This document shows positions 7,840 through 19,800 of a stretch of DNA of 64,000 bases, one piece after another (within the stretch, counting starts at the first letter, position 1; each line of letters opens with the position of its first letter). Under the pieces are notes generated by a model. The model did not search any database, was not told the DNA's origin, and saw nothing but the letters and a program-made list of their open reading frames with translations. The position numbers were made by a program, and so were the translations under genes. Origin of the DNA: Planctomycetota bacterium (GTDB taxonomy: Bacteria; Planctomycetota; SZUA-567; H5-PLA8); assembly GCA_035308565.1 (NCBI GenBank), contig DATGGK010000038.1:19023-83022 (forward strand). The letters are read 5' to 3'.

Positions 7840-10800
7840 TTAAAATTGCCCCGCGCCAGGCGTTGTCACGGTCGTCGCATTCCCTTTCCCCATTACCGGC
7901 ATCGCCGGATCGCCGAAGATCTGTTCCGTCCGGCTCAGATCGCCGTAGAAACTCCCGCCCTGCGAATACGCCCACTGCTGCGTCTTCATCAGCGCATCGC
8001 CCCACCGCCCGCCCGCACTCGCATTTTGCAATAGGCGGCTCATGAACGCGACGGCATACTCCGATTGCATATACGTCGATGTTCCGATCGACGCCGAGAT
8101 GCCGCCTTGCGGCTGCGTCAGTGCTTGTATCGCGATGCTGCGGTAACCCGTTTCGTTCTTCGCCATCCAATTGCCCGTGCACGTCGCTTGCAGGAATACA
8201 GCGTTGCCCGTCAGATTCTGCACGGTGTCGGCGGTGCTGTCGGTCTCCAAAATGCGCGGATCGTTCTTGCCCAGGCGCACCGCGTTTCCGTGTCCGACGT
8301 AGAACAAAATATCCGCGCCGCCGTTGGCCGCCTGCGTCAGCGCCGCGGTCACGTCCGGCGAACTTTGCGCAGTGACGCCGAGGTAATTGCGCTGCCACGC
8401 CAGCTCCGGATTGGCCGCCGCAATCGAATCCGCCTCCGCCGCGAAATCGCCGGCGATCGGATCGGCTTCATCGGCCACTGCGTGCACGCGCGCGCCGGTA
8501 GTCATGCCTTTGTTCGACAAAATGCGCGATACCGCGACGGACAATTCGCTGGGCGTATTCACCGGCAATCGCCCGACGACCACTTCCGGATAACCGCGGC
8601 CCAAATCGCCGAACATCGAATCGCTCGTCGCCTGCGACCAGAACGTCGTCGAGACCAGGAATGTCGGGCAAAGCGGATCGACGTTCAACCCGCTGTAATC
8701 AAGGTAGTCGTAGGTCGTGCGCCCCAACAGCAGCAAATATTTCGGCCGCACGGCGCGCACCGCGTTTTGAATTCCGTTCGGACCGTAGCGCCCGTAATTG
8801 TAGTAATCGAAAATCTGCTCCTGATCGGCGAACGACCCGCGCAAGCCTTCCTTCGAACGCTGCGCCAGCAGCGCTTGCGCGCCCGCGCTGAACTGGCTCG
8901 GCCCTATTGCCAGATACGTGAACGCCGCAAGCGGCTTCACCGCCCGCTTGCTCACCGCGATCGGTTTGTTTTCCATCCCGGCGGGCACAATCAGGAACTG
9001 GCCCGTCCCGCCGCTGGGCGCATTGAAGCGCAACGCAAACGTGCCGTCGTTCTGCGCCTGCGTTTCGTAAGGGATCAACGTCGCGCGGTCCGGGAAGCGC
9101 GCATCCACAACCCACGCGTCCGCGCTCGGCAGATGCTGCGCTTCAAAAAGCTGCGACGCGCCGCTCGGATTGTAAATCTCCAGCGGCGCCGCGCCGTTCA
9201 GCGCTTTTGTGTAGCTCGCCGTCATCGAATGCAGCAGCGCGATTTGCGTCGCGACGCCGTCAAGCTGCGGCGTCACCAATTCGATCGTGTTCGCGCCGTC
9301 CACCAAAATTCCCGGCGCGAGTTGGAACGCAAGCTGCACCATCGTGCCGCCGCCGCTCCACACCGCTTGCCCCGCGGGCTGGCCGTTAATGAACGCTTGC
9401 AGCGCGTGGTCGTTCGCAGTCCCGCTGGCTTGCGTCAAGCTCCACAGATTCACCGTCAGCGACGCTGGCCCGCCGCTGGCGTTGGGCGTGTTGAGCGTAA
9501 AGCTCTGCGTCGTCCCGCCGCTTAAATATTGATTCGAGAACCACGGCGCATAGTCGTACGGCCGCAGGTTGTCGAAATCGAAATACACGTCGTGGTAGCT
9601 CACCGTCGCCATCGCCGGCGAGGTCGTGTTCACGCTCTGCGCGCTCGCAAACAAGCCTTGCGCATGCGCGATTTGTCCCGCCGAAGTCGCCGCGTTCGTG
9701 CGGCGCAGGAACAGCGCGTCCTTGTTCGTGTAATCGTCAGCGTAGCCTTGGCCGTAGACAATCAGCCCGCTGGGCGAAAGCGCCAACGCGTTCAACGCGC
9801 GCCCTTCGCGCTGAATCGAGACATGCCCCGCATCGAATCCCGCCGGCAACGCGCTCGACGGAATCAGCAGCACGCCCGGCGTGTCGTACACTACTTTCAC
9901 TCCCGCGAAACTGCCGCCGCGCGCAGGCGCACTCGAGAACCAGCGCACGCCCGCGGATAAATTCGACGCGGGCGCGGGTGTCGGCGCGGGTGCCAAGGAG
10001 CGGTACCCCGCTCCTTGCTGTTGCGCGCGCGGATCATCTCCCAACGCGAGTAGTCCATCGTATTGCGTCGGCGTCAGCGCTCGCACCGACGCAGACATCG
10101 CAAGCTGTCCGCTCGCATCGACGAAAAGTCCCGCCGCGCGCAGCCGCTCCGCCGTAGAACGGAGCTCCCACTCCGTTCGATTTTCCGTCGCGCCAAAATT
10201 CTGCGTTGCGTCGGCTTGAACGGAGCGGGAGCTCCGTTCTACTTTCGCGAACTCGGCGCTCAACTCTTTGCCGCGCGCGTTCGCGCCAGCGAGCGCCACG
10301 CTTTCAAGCGCCGCATGCAACCCATCGCCACTCACCACACCGTTCTCATCCACGGCCACTGGCCCGGCGAGTGTAGAATGTGTCTCCGTAAATCCGCGAA
10401 TGCTCACGCTCTCCAATTTGTAGTCGTAAATGCCCGGCGCCGCCCAATCGTAGAAACAATACGCCTTCAAATCCGGATTCGTAATGCGTCCCGCGATCAG
10501 CGTGGAATTCGCCCGCGTCCACGCATCGGCTAATTTTGAATCTTGAATTTTGAATTTTGAATTACGTCGATAGACGTTGAATCCCGCGTTCTGGAATTCC
10601 GATACAGAATTCCACGTCACCAGCACTCCGCCGCCTTCCGCGCGCGCGGCGAAGGCTTCGAGCGTGACCGGCGTGACGTTGCTCGCGGTTGTGCGGACGA
10701 CCAGCGTGTCCGCCGGACTGCCCGCGCTCGGCGCGGATGCAAGATCGCTGCCGTTGAATTTGTACACAACCGCCCAGCCGCTCTGCAATCCTATTACCGT

Positions 10801-13800
10801 GGCGAAGCCCGAGGTCATTACACTGCTTCCGGTCGCGCCGGCGATGATCGGAATATCCGCGCCGCCGTTGGGTGCGGTGCCCGCATACGCGCCCGGCCCG
10901 ACGCCCAGCGACAAAACTGATGTGCCGCCCAGGGTCACAGTGCCGCCCGCGGCCACGTTGAGGAATTGCTTGTTTATCGTACCGGCGTTGACCGTCACGA
11001 TGGCCTTGAGCTTCCCGTCGCTGCTGAAGTCGATGTTTCCCGTGGGGGAAAGATTCATGCTTTCATCAGCCGCCATCGGCGTGGTCACAATGCTGGTTGT
11101 GCCCGGCCACACATTTGTAACGTTCAACTTCAGAGAACCCGTGACCGTTCCCGACCCGCGCAGGTCACCGCTGAGGGACTGCCCATTGCCATCAAGCGTT
11201 CCCGCGGCGGAGAGCGTTATGGCGGGCGCCGAGCCCAGCACGATGGGCGCACCAAGTCTCAAAGTGCCGCCCGCAACCGACATTTTCGTGCCGTCGGACA
11301 GTCCTCCCGTCGAGCCTCCGAGGAACAGAGTGCCTCCCGTTGTGCCGCCCGCGTTGAGCGTGATTGTACGCAACGTGCCGCCGTCGCTGAGCGCGCCGAG
11401 TGCGAGCGTGCCAATGCCGGTGCCGCTGTTGGCCACGTTGATTGTCGGATTGCCGTTAATCGTCGTCGCGCCAAATGTGAGGCTGTACAATGTGTTGCTC
11501 GCTGGCGTTCCGCCGGTGATGCTTAGCTTCTGCGAACCCATGGAAAGCGTGCCCAGCGTTGCAACACAAATGCCGCTGACATCGATTACCGAATTGGCGT
11601 TGACCGCTACGTTGTTGACCAGGTTGTCAAGCGACACGATCTCCACAGCGTTTACGCCGCAATTATTCGTGTCGCGCACTTGCGAAATGGTGAGCGTGCT
11701 GCCAGTCAAGTTGTCGAACAGCGCGTAATTGGCCGCCGGTATCGTCGCTGTCGTCGTTGCAGTCGTCTGAACGTATCTGGCGAACGGCGCGCCATTGCCG
11801 ATGGTGTTGAAATAATACGTCGTCGCGCCCACCGTCACATGCCCCTGCCGCCCGCCGCCGTCGGATTGCACGTACACGTACACGCGGTAATTCGCGTATG
11901 GAATGTTCGTGATCGTGATGGTGTTGGTCGTGTTGCCCGCGTTTGCGTTCGTGTCGAGGTACGAATTCATCAACTGCGCGTCCTGATTGGCCTGCGCCAC
12001 GCCGTAGACGCTGTAACTGACCGGCGCGCCGCTGAACGTCAGCGTGGTCGAAATAGCCGAGCCGCTGCTGTCGGTGAGCGCCACATTCGTTCCGGCGATG
12101 GTCTGGATGTTGTTCCAATTCGCAATCGGCACCACGCCCGCTACGCCGGTGACGTTTTCGATTTCCGTGGTGCGCCCCGCAGCAAAATTAATTCCAATGC
12201 ATCCCGCGATTGTGCCGCTGGCCAACTGCAGCGTGCTTCCGTTCAGATTGATCTGCCCGCTGCCCAGCGCCGTCTGCGTGCGCGCGGAAACCACGCCCGC
12301 ATTCAGCGTCGAACCGCCATTGAACGAATTGTTCGCGTTCAGGATCAGCGTTCCGGCGCCGTTCTTCGTCAACGTCCCGGTGCCGCTGATCGCGCCGGTG
12401 GTCGTGTTGCTGCCAACAATGTTGTAAATCAGCGCGCCGTTGTCGGTGATGCTGCCGATGATCGAACCGTCCACGGTGCCGTCGCCGATTTGCAGCGTGC
12501 CGGCGTTGACCGTCGTGCCGCCCGTGTACGTATTCGCCGCACTCAAGATCAATTTCCCCGGCGTCACGTTTGTGTCGCCCAGCGTCAAGCGCCCCACGCC
12601 GCCGTTTCCGATCGGATTGGCGTACGTCACTGTCTGTCCATTCGTATCAATGGCCGCTCCGCCCACGCCAATGGTGAAGGTGCGCCCGGATACGTCCATG
12701 TTGCTCGCGCCCGTTGCATAACGCAGCGTCCCGCCGCTGAACGACAGCGGCGCTACCGAGCCGGCCGCCGTCGAGCCGAGATGCGCATTGTCGCCGATGA
12801 TCAGCGTGCCGCCGTTGAGTGTTGTCGCGCCCGTATAAGAATTCGCGCTCTGCAATGTCACCGTGCCCGAGCCGCTCAGTTGCAGCCCCGTTGATCCGCT
12901 GATCCCAATCACGCCGCTGGCGTTGCTGAAGGTGTACGCGACGCCGCCAAGCGTGTTGTTGAAATTCACCAGAATCGGACGCACACCCGCAGCCTGAATT
13001 GAAATGTTGCTGTTGGTCACGTTGCCCGCGCCGCCCAGCATCGCGTCCTGAAACGTCACAAGACTCAAGTTGTTGTCCGCAAACTTCGCCGGCGCCGCGG
13101 TGGTCGTGTTGTACCAATTGGTCGAGGCCGTATCCCACAAGCTGTTGGTCGCGCCGGTCCAGGTCAGACTCGACGCGCCGCTGGACACCGTCAGGTCGAT
13201 TTCGTTGCCCACTTGCGAGAAGAAATACGACTTGCCGGCCAGCGGCGTGTTGCCCACGGTGAAACTGCTGCCCGCGTCGAAATTGAACAGCGTTCCTGTA
13301 AACGTGATCAGCTTGTACGTGCCCACGCCGAGAGCGCCGTTGCCGCCAGCGTTCGCGTTGTCGTTCAAATTAATCACCACGCTGCCGCTGCCGACCGTCG
13401 GCAGAACTACGTCGCCATTGACTGCGACGACGTCGCCATTACTGCCGGCCGCGGGAAGTCCCGTTCCGGGCGTTCCGAAGTCGAAATCGAGAATCGCGCC
13501 GGCGCCCAGCGTCAGCGTGCCGGTGGTAAGCGTGCCGATGCCGCCGCTGTTGTTCGCGCCCGGATTGACGCCCGGCGCCAGATGCCCGTTCGCTCCGCCG
13601 TTTCCCGCGTTAATGCTTGTCGCGCCGCCCAGCGTGCCGGTTCCCGACAGCGTCGGATTGCCTATGGCATTGACGCCGCCTGCCGTCACCGCACCCGACG
13701 ACGGCGCGCCAATAATGGAGCCAGTGACAACGAGCGTGCCCGTGTTCACGGTCGTCGCGCCGCTGTAGGTATTGGCGCCGCTGAGCGTCAACGAGCCCGT

Positions 13801-16800
13801 GCCGCCGGTGAGGATCGAACCGGTTCCGGAAATGACGCCGGAGAAATTTGACGACAAATTATCCAAGCTGCCGATGGTCAGCGCGTTTGCGCCCAGATTC
13901 ACGCTGCCGCCATTGGCCGCGGGCAGGAGTTGGCTGATGGTTTGGCTGGCGCCAAGGTTGAACACCGCACCCGCGGCCACGCTCACCTGCGTGGCAACGC
14001 CAAGCGCCGTTGAACTGTTCGAGTTCAAGATTCCGCCGTTGACAACGGCTTTTGTCCCCGTGGACAATGCGGCGGAGGACGCCGCCAGCGTCAGTGTTCC
14101 GCTTCCCGTCAAAGTGATCGTCCGCACCACGCCTCCGTCGTTCAACGCGCCCAGGGCGAGGATGCCGGCGCCCGAGCCGTTGTTGGCCACATTGAAGGTG
14201 GGATTGCCGGAAAAAGTCGCCGCGCCGAGATTGAGCCCATAACTTAGGTTTGCAGCCGTGGCGCCACCGGTGACAGCCAGCGTGTGGCTGCCCATGCTGA
14301 GCAGTCCCAGCGTGCCGCCGTCTGTGCCGGTCACGTCGATGGTCGAATTGGCGTTGATCACGACGTTGTTGCTTAGATCCTCCGACTCCGAAATGATTTG
14401 AATCCCACAGATTCCGTTGTTGTTCGAAGTTGCCTCGCGCGCCTGAACGATCGTCAGCGTGGGGCCGCTGAGATCGTCGAAGAGCGCATAGTTGGCCGCG
14501 GCGGACGCGGCCGCCGTAGTCGCGGTCGCCTGGATATATGACGCGAACGGGTTGATGTTGGTGGTGAAATAGTAGGTCGTCGAACCGACGGTGACGTGCC
14601 CGATGCGGCCGTTGCCGTCGGAGCCGACGTACACGATCGCGCGGAAACGCGCGTAGGGAATGTTGGCGACCGTCACTGTGATCGTCGAGGTGGCGTTGTT
14701 ATCGATGTACGAATTCATCAACTGCGCGTCCTGGTTGGTCTGCGACGCGCCGTAGACGCTGTAGGTGTTCGGCGAGCCTGTGAACGTCACGTTCGCCGGA
14801 GATGCCGCGCCGTTGCCATCCACCAAGGCCACATTGGCGCCGGTGATGCCTGGAACGTTGTTCCAGTTTTGCATCGGCACCACGCCGGCGGTGCCGGTGA
14901 CGTTGTCGATGTCCCCCACGTTGGCGCGGCCCGTCGAAAAGTGGATTCCGATCATTGCGTTCTCGCTGGCGGCCAGTTGCAGCGTCCCGCCGTTGAGATC
15001 CACCGTGCTCGTGCTCAGCGCGCCAGTCGTCTTGACCGATACCGTTCCCGCATTCACGTTCGTCACGCCGGTATAAGTGTTCGTGTTCGCGAAATTCAAA
15101 ACGCCAGGCCCGTCCTTGCTCACCGAGCCGCTCCCGCTGATCACGCCGCCATTTGCGTTGAGGGAGGCGACGTTGTAAATGAGCGCCGCGTTGTCCGCGA
15201 TATTTCCAGGAACCGTGCCGTCGATCGTTCCGTCGCCCAACTGCAGCGTTCCCGCGGCGATCGTCGAGCCGCCCGTGTAGCTGTTGGCTCCCGTGAGCAC
15301 CAGAATTCCAGGCGTGGCGTTCGAATCGTTGAGCGTCAAAGCTCCTGCACCGTTGGCGCCGATCCCCGATCCATACGTAATCGTCTGGCCATTTGGATCG
15401 AACGTCGCGCCGCCGGCGTTGATCGTCACCACGCGCCCCGAAATATCCGTATTGGTCGCGCTGGCCACGTAGCTCAGCGTCCCGCCGTTGAATGTAAGCG
15501 GCGCAATTGTGCCGGACATCGAGCCGAGCGCCGCGTTGTCCTTGATCTGCAGAATGCCGGCGTTGAGCTGCGTGGCGCCGATGTACGTATTGGGACTCTG
15601 CAAAATCACCGTGCCGCTGCCGTTGAGCACGAAACTGGTCGTTCCGGCGATTCCAATTACTCCGCTGGCGTTGCTGAACGTATACGGCACTGCCGCATTC
15701 GTGAAGATCACCGACAACGGGGACACGCCGCCGCTTTGAATTGTAATCGCATTATTCGTCACGTTAGCCGCGCCGGGCAGTTTCACGTCCTGAAAACTCA
15801 CGTGGCTCAGATTGTCCACGTAGTTCGTCGCCGCGCTGGCCGTCGTGCTGTACCAATTGACCGCGGACGTGTTCCACAACCCATTCGTCTGGCCTGTCCA
15901 CGCCATATCCTGCACGCCGCTGGTAATCGTCAGGTCGATCTCGTTTCCGATCGTCGTGAAAATGTAGCTCTTGCCGGCCAACGGCGTCGTACCGATCACG
16001 ATGCTGCCCGTCGGACTGAAATTGAACGCCTGTCCCGTAAACGAGAAGAGCTTGTACGTGCCTGTGCCGATGCTGCCGTTTCCACCGGCTGCGGCGTTGT
16101 CAGTGAGGTTAAGGGTGACGGTGCCCGTCGATGGGAAAGTCAAATCGCCCGCAATCGCAACCAAATCGTTAAAGCTTCCCGTCGAAGGTATGCCCGTTCC
16201 CGGCGTGCCGAAATCGAAATCCAGCACACTGTTCGCATTCAAACTCAACGGGCCCGTATTCAGCATTCCGATCGCGCCGCTGTTGCCGGTCGTGTTCACG
16301 CCCGGCGCGAGGTGCCCGGCCGCGCCGCCGTTGGCGCTGCTGATCGTCACCGCGCCGCTGACGTTCGCCGCGCCGGCCAGTGTGGGCGTGCCGCTCGCGG
16401 CTGCCCCTCCCACTGTCACCGCTCCGGACGTTGGCGTGCCCGTAATCGAACCGGTCACCATCAGGATGCCGCTGTTCACGGTAGTCGGGCCGCTGTAGGT
16501 ATTCGCGGCGCTCAGTGTCAAGGTATTCGTTCCCGCTTTGACCAGCCCTCCGGTGCCGGAGATCACGCCCGCGAAATCGGACGCGAGATTGTCCGTGCTG
16601 CCGATCGTCAGTGTGCTGTTCGCCTGCAAAATGACGTTGCCCGCGTTGGCCGACGGCGTCAGCGAACTGATCGTTTGACTGGCCCCAACGCCGAATGTCG
16701 CCCCGAGCGCCACCGTCACGCGCGCGGTCGTTCCGAGCGCCGTCGCGTTGTTCGAATTGAGCGTCCCGCCGGTCGCGTTCACCACCGGCCCCGCAACAAA

Positions 16801-19800
16801 GCCCGCTGCCGGCTGCGTCAACGTCACCGCGCCCGTGCCGCTCAGCGTAATGATGCGGGAGACGCCGCCGTCGCTTAAGCTCCCCAGATTGAGCGTCGCC
16901 AATCCGCCGCCGTTGTTCATCACGATGAACGTCGGATCGCCCGAGAACGTCGCCGCGCCCAGCGTCAGTGTGTACGGGAGTCCCGCGCCCAGGCTCCCTC
17001 CCGTCGCCGTCAGCGTCTGCGCTCCCATCGCGAGCGCGCCTGCGCTGCCCACGCTGCCAAAGCTGACGCCGGTTACGTCGATCGTGGAATTCTGCGTGAC
17101 CGAGACGTTGTTCGGCAAGGCCATGCCGATCGAAACAACCTCGATTCCGCAGATGCCGTTGTTTCCAGAATCGTGCTGCTGTGTGATCGTGACCGTGGAG
17201 CCGCTCAAATTGTCGAAAAGCACGTAATTTGCCGCGGCTGCGGCGCCCAGCGTCGTCGCCGTGCCTTGCGTGTATCCGGCGAACGCGGCTGCGTTGCCAA
17301 CCGTTGAAAAATAATACGTCGTCGCTCCGATGCTGACGTGTCCCGTGCGCCCAGCAGTGTCCGAATTCACGTAAACGTACACTCGGTAATTTGAGTAGGG
17401 AATACTGCTGAGCGTGATCGTGTTGACGGCCGCCAGGACGTTGGTGTCAAGATACGAATTTATCAATTGCCCGTCCTGCGATGCTTGCGGCGCACCGTAA
17501 GTGCTGTACGGATCCGTGCTGCCGCTGAACGTCAAGAGCATCGGCGAAGCGTTGCCGTTGGCATCATTCAAAGCAACGTTCGTGCCCGTCAGTGTCGCAA
17601 CATTGTTCCAGTTGCCCATCGGCACGACGCCGGCCGTGCCGGTCACATTTTCAATTTCAGTGCCGTTGCGCCCGTCCGAGAAATTGATTCCAACTTTCGC
17701 GCCGTCGCCGGCCAATTGAAGCGTGCCGCTGTTGAGCACCGCCAAGGCCGTGCCCAGCGCCGAATTGTTCCGCGCCGTAATTGTGCCGGCGTTGATGTTC
17801 GTCACGCCGCCGTACGTGTTCGTTCCGCCCAAGGTCAGTGTGCCCGCGCCGTTCTTCGTCAGGCTTCCGGTGCCGCTGATGACTTTGTTGTACGCCGCTG
17901 ATGAAGAGACGTTGAAGACCAGGGCGCTGTTGTTGACCGTGTTGCCCAGCAGCGTCGCATCCGTCGCGCCATTGCCAAGCTGCAATGTGCCGCTGGTGAC
18001 GGTCGTGTCCCCGGTGTACGTGACCGGCACTCCCAGAATCAGTGTGCCGGGCGTTGCATTCGTATCGGCCAGCGTCAACCCGCCCGGTCCGCCGTTGCCA
18101 ATCGCCGCTCCATACGTCACGGTCTGCCCGTTGGTGTCGATCGTCGCCCCGCCCAAGCTCATGGTGACCGTGCGCCCCGACACATCCGGATTCGTCGCCG
18201 CCGGCAAATAGGAAAGTGCCCCGCCATTGAAGACCAGCGGCGCAATCGTTCCGTTCGCGGCGCCGATGTCGGCGTTGTCCTTGATCTTCAACACACCCGC
18301 GTTGAGCACCGTCTGCCCTGTGTACGCATTCGGGCTTTGCAGTGTCACTGTCCCCGTTCCCGTGAGCGTAATTCCGCCCGTCCCGCCGATGCCCGCCGTC
18401 GTGGCGCTGAATGTGTACGGCACCGCCGCATTGTTGAACGTCACCGAAATCGGCGCCACTGGCGACGGAATCGAAATCGCGTTGTTGGTGACATTGGTCG
18501 CGCCGGGCAACTTCACGTCCTGGAACGTGATGATGCTCAGGTTGTCGATGTAATTGGTCGTCGTCGAATTGTCTGTGTTGAACCAGTTGGCCGCCGACGT
18601 ATTCCAGATGCTGCTCGCCGCGCCGTTCCAAGTCAGATTCGAAACGCCATTGGCAATCGTCAGATCGATTTCGTTGCCGATCAGCGAGAAGATGTAGAAC
18701 TTCCCGGCCAGCGGTGTGTTGCCAATCGTGAAACTGCTCGCGGAACTGAAATTGAATGTTTGCCCGGTGAACGTGAAAAGCTTATACGTCCCCGCGCCAA
18801 TGCTCCCGTTCCCGCCCGCATTGGCATTATCATACAAATTCACCGTGATCGTGCCCGATGTCGGCAGCGTCAAATTGCCGTTGATCGCGATGAGGTCGCC
18901 GGCATTTCCGGTCGAGGGCACGCCCGTCCCCGGCGTGCCGAGATCGAAATCCAGCGCTGCGCCCGCGCCGATCGCCATCGCGCCGGTGTTGAGCGTCCCG
19001 ATGCCGCCGGAATTGCCCGCCGTATTCACGCCCGGCGCGACATGCCCCGCCGCTCCGCCGTTGGCCGAACTTACATTCACCGCGCCGCTCACGTTGCCAT
19101 TGCCCGAGAGCGTCGGCGTTCCCGTTGCGCCAATACCCCCGACAGTCACGGCGCCGCTGATCAGCGCTGTGTCGCTCAGCACCCCACCATTAATGGTGGT
19201 CGCGCCGGAATAGGTATTGCCGGCCGAAAGAGTCAATACGCCCACACTCGTTTTGGTCAACACCCCGGTTCCGCCGATCGCACCGCCAATCGTGACCGCC
19301 CCAAAATTGTTTACCACCAACGTCCCGTTGTTGGTGATGCTGGCGCTTGCGATCGATCCATCGTGCCCGGTCGTGCCGTCGCCAAGTTGCAGAGTCCCCG
19401 CCGCAATCGTGGTCGCTCCCGAATACGTATTGGGGGCAGTAAAAATCCACAGACCGGCGTTGTTTTTATTGAGGATGACTTGCGTCGCATTGCCGTTGGC
19501 GATCACGCCGCTGACCGTGTTCGCACCCGTGTTGGTGCCGAGCAAATTGAGCGTCGCCGCCACCGGCGAATCTCCGCTGATCCCGCCGCCGAAATTCAGC
19601 AGCGAGCCGCCGTTCGGCGCGTTGTTCGTCAGCGTCAGCGTCGCGCCTTCAATTTTCAGCGGCGCATTCACCGCCTGAGTCTGCCCCGTGCCCGTATACG
19701 AGCTAAGTATCTGAATCACCCCGCCGTTGGTCATGAGCAACGCACTTCCAGCCAGCGTCAAGCCCCCGGTGTTGCCGTCGAACTTGATATTCGTTAGGTT

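Noticed and set aside
7840-8100. C-terminal sorting signal (PEP-CTERM, T9SS CTD, LPXTG, autotransporter barrel) on the giant protein
   Set aside because: The last residues (…VMGKGNATTVTTPGAGQF) follow directly after the C25 domain and show none of these signatures. I therefore make no anchor call.
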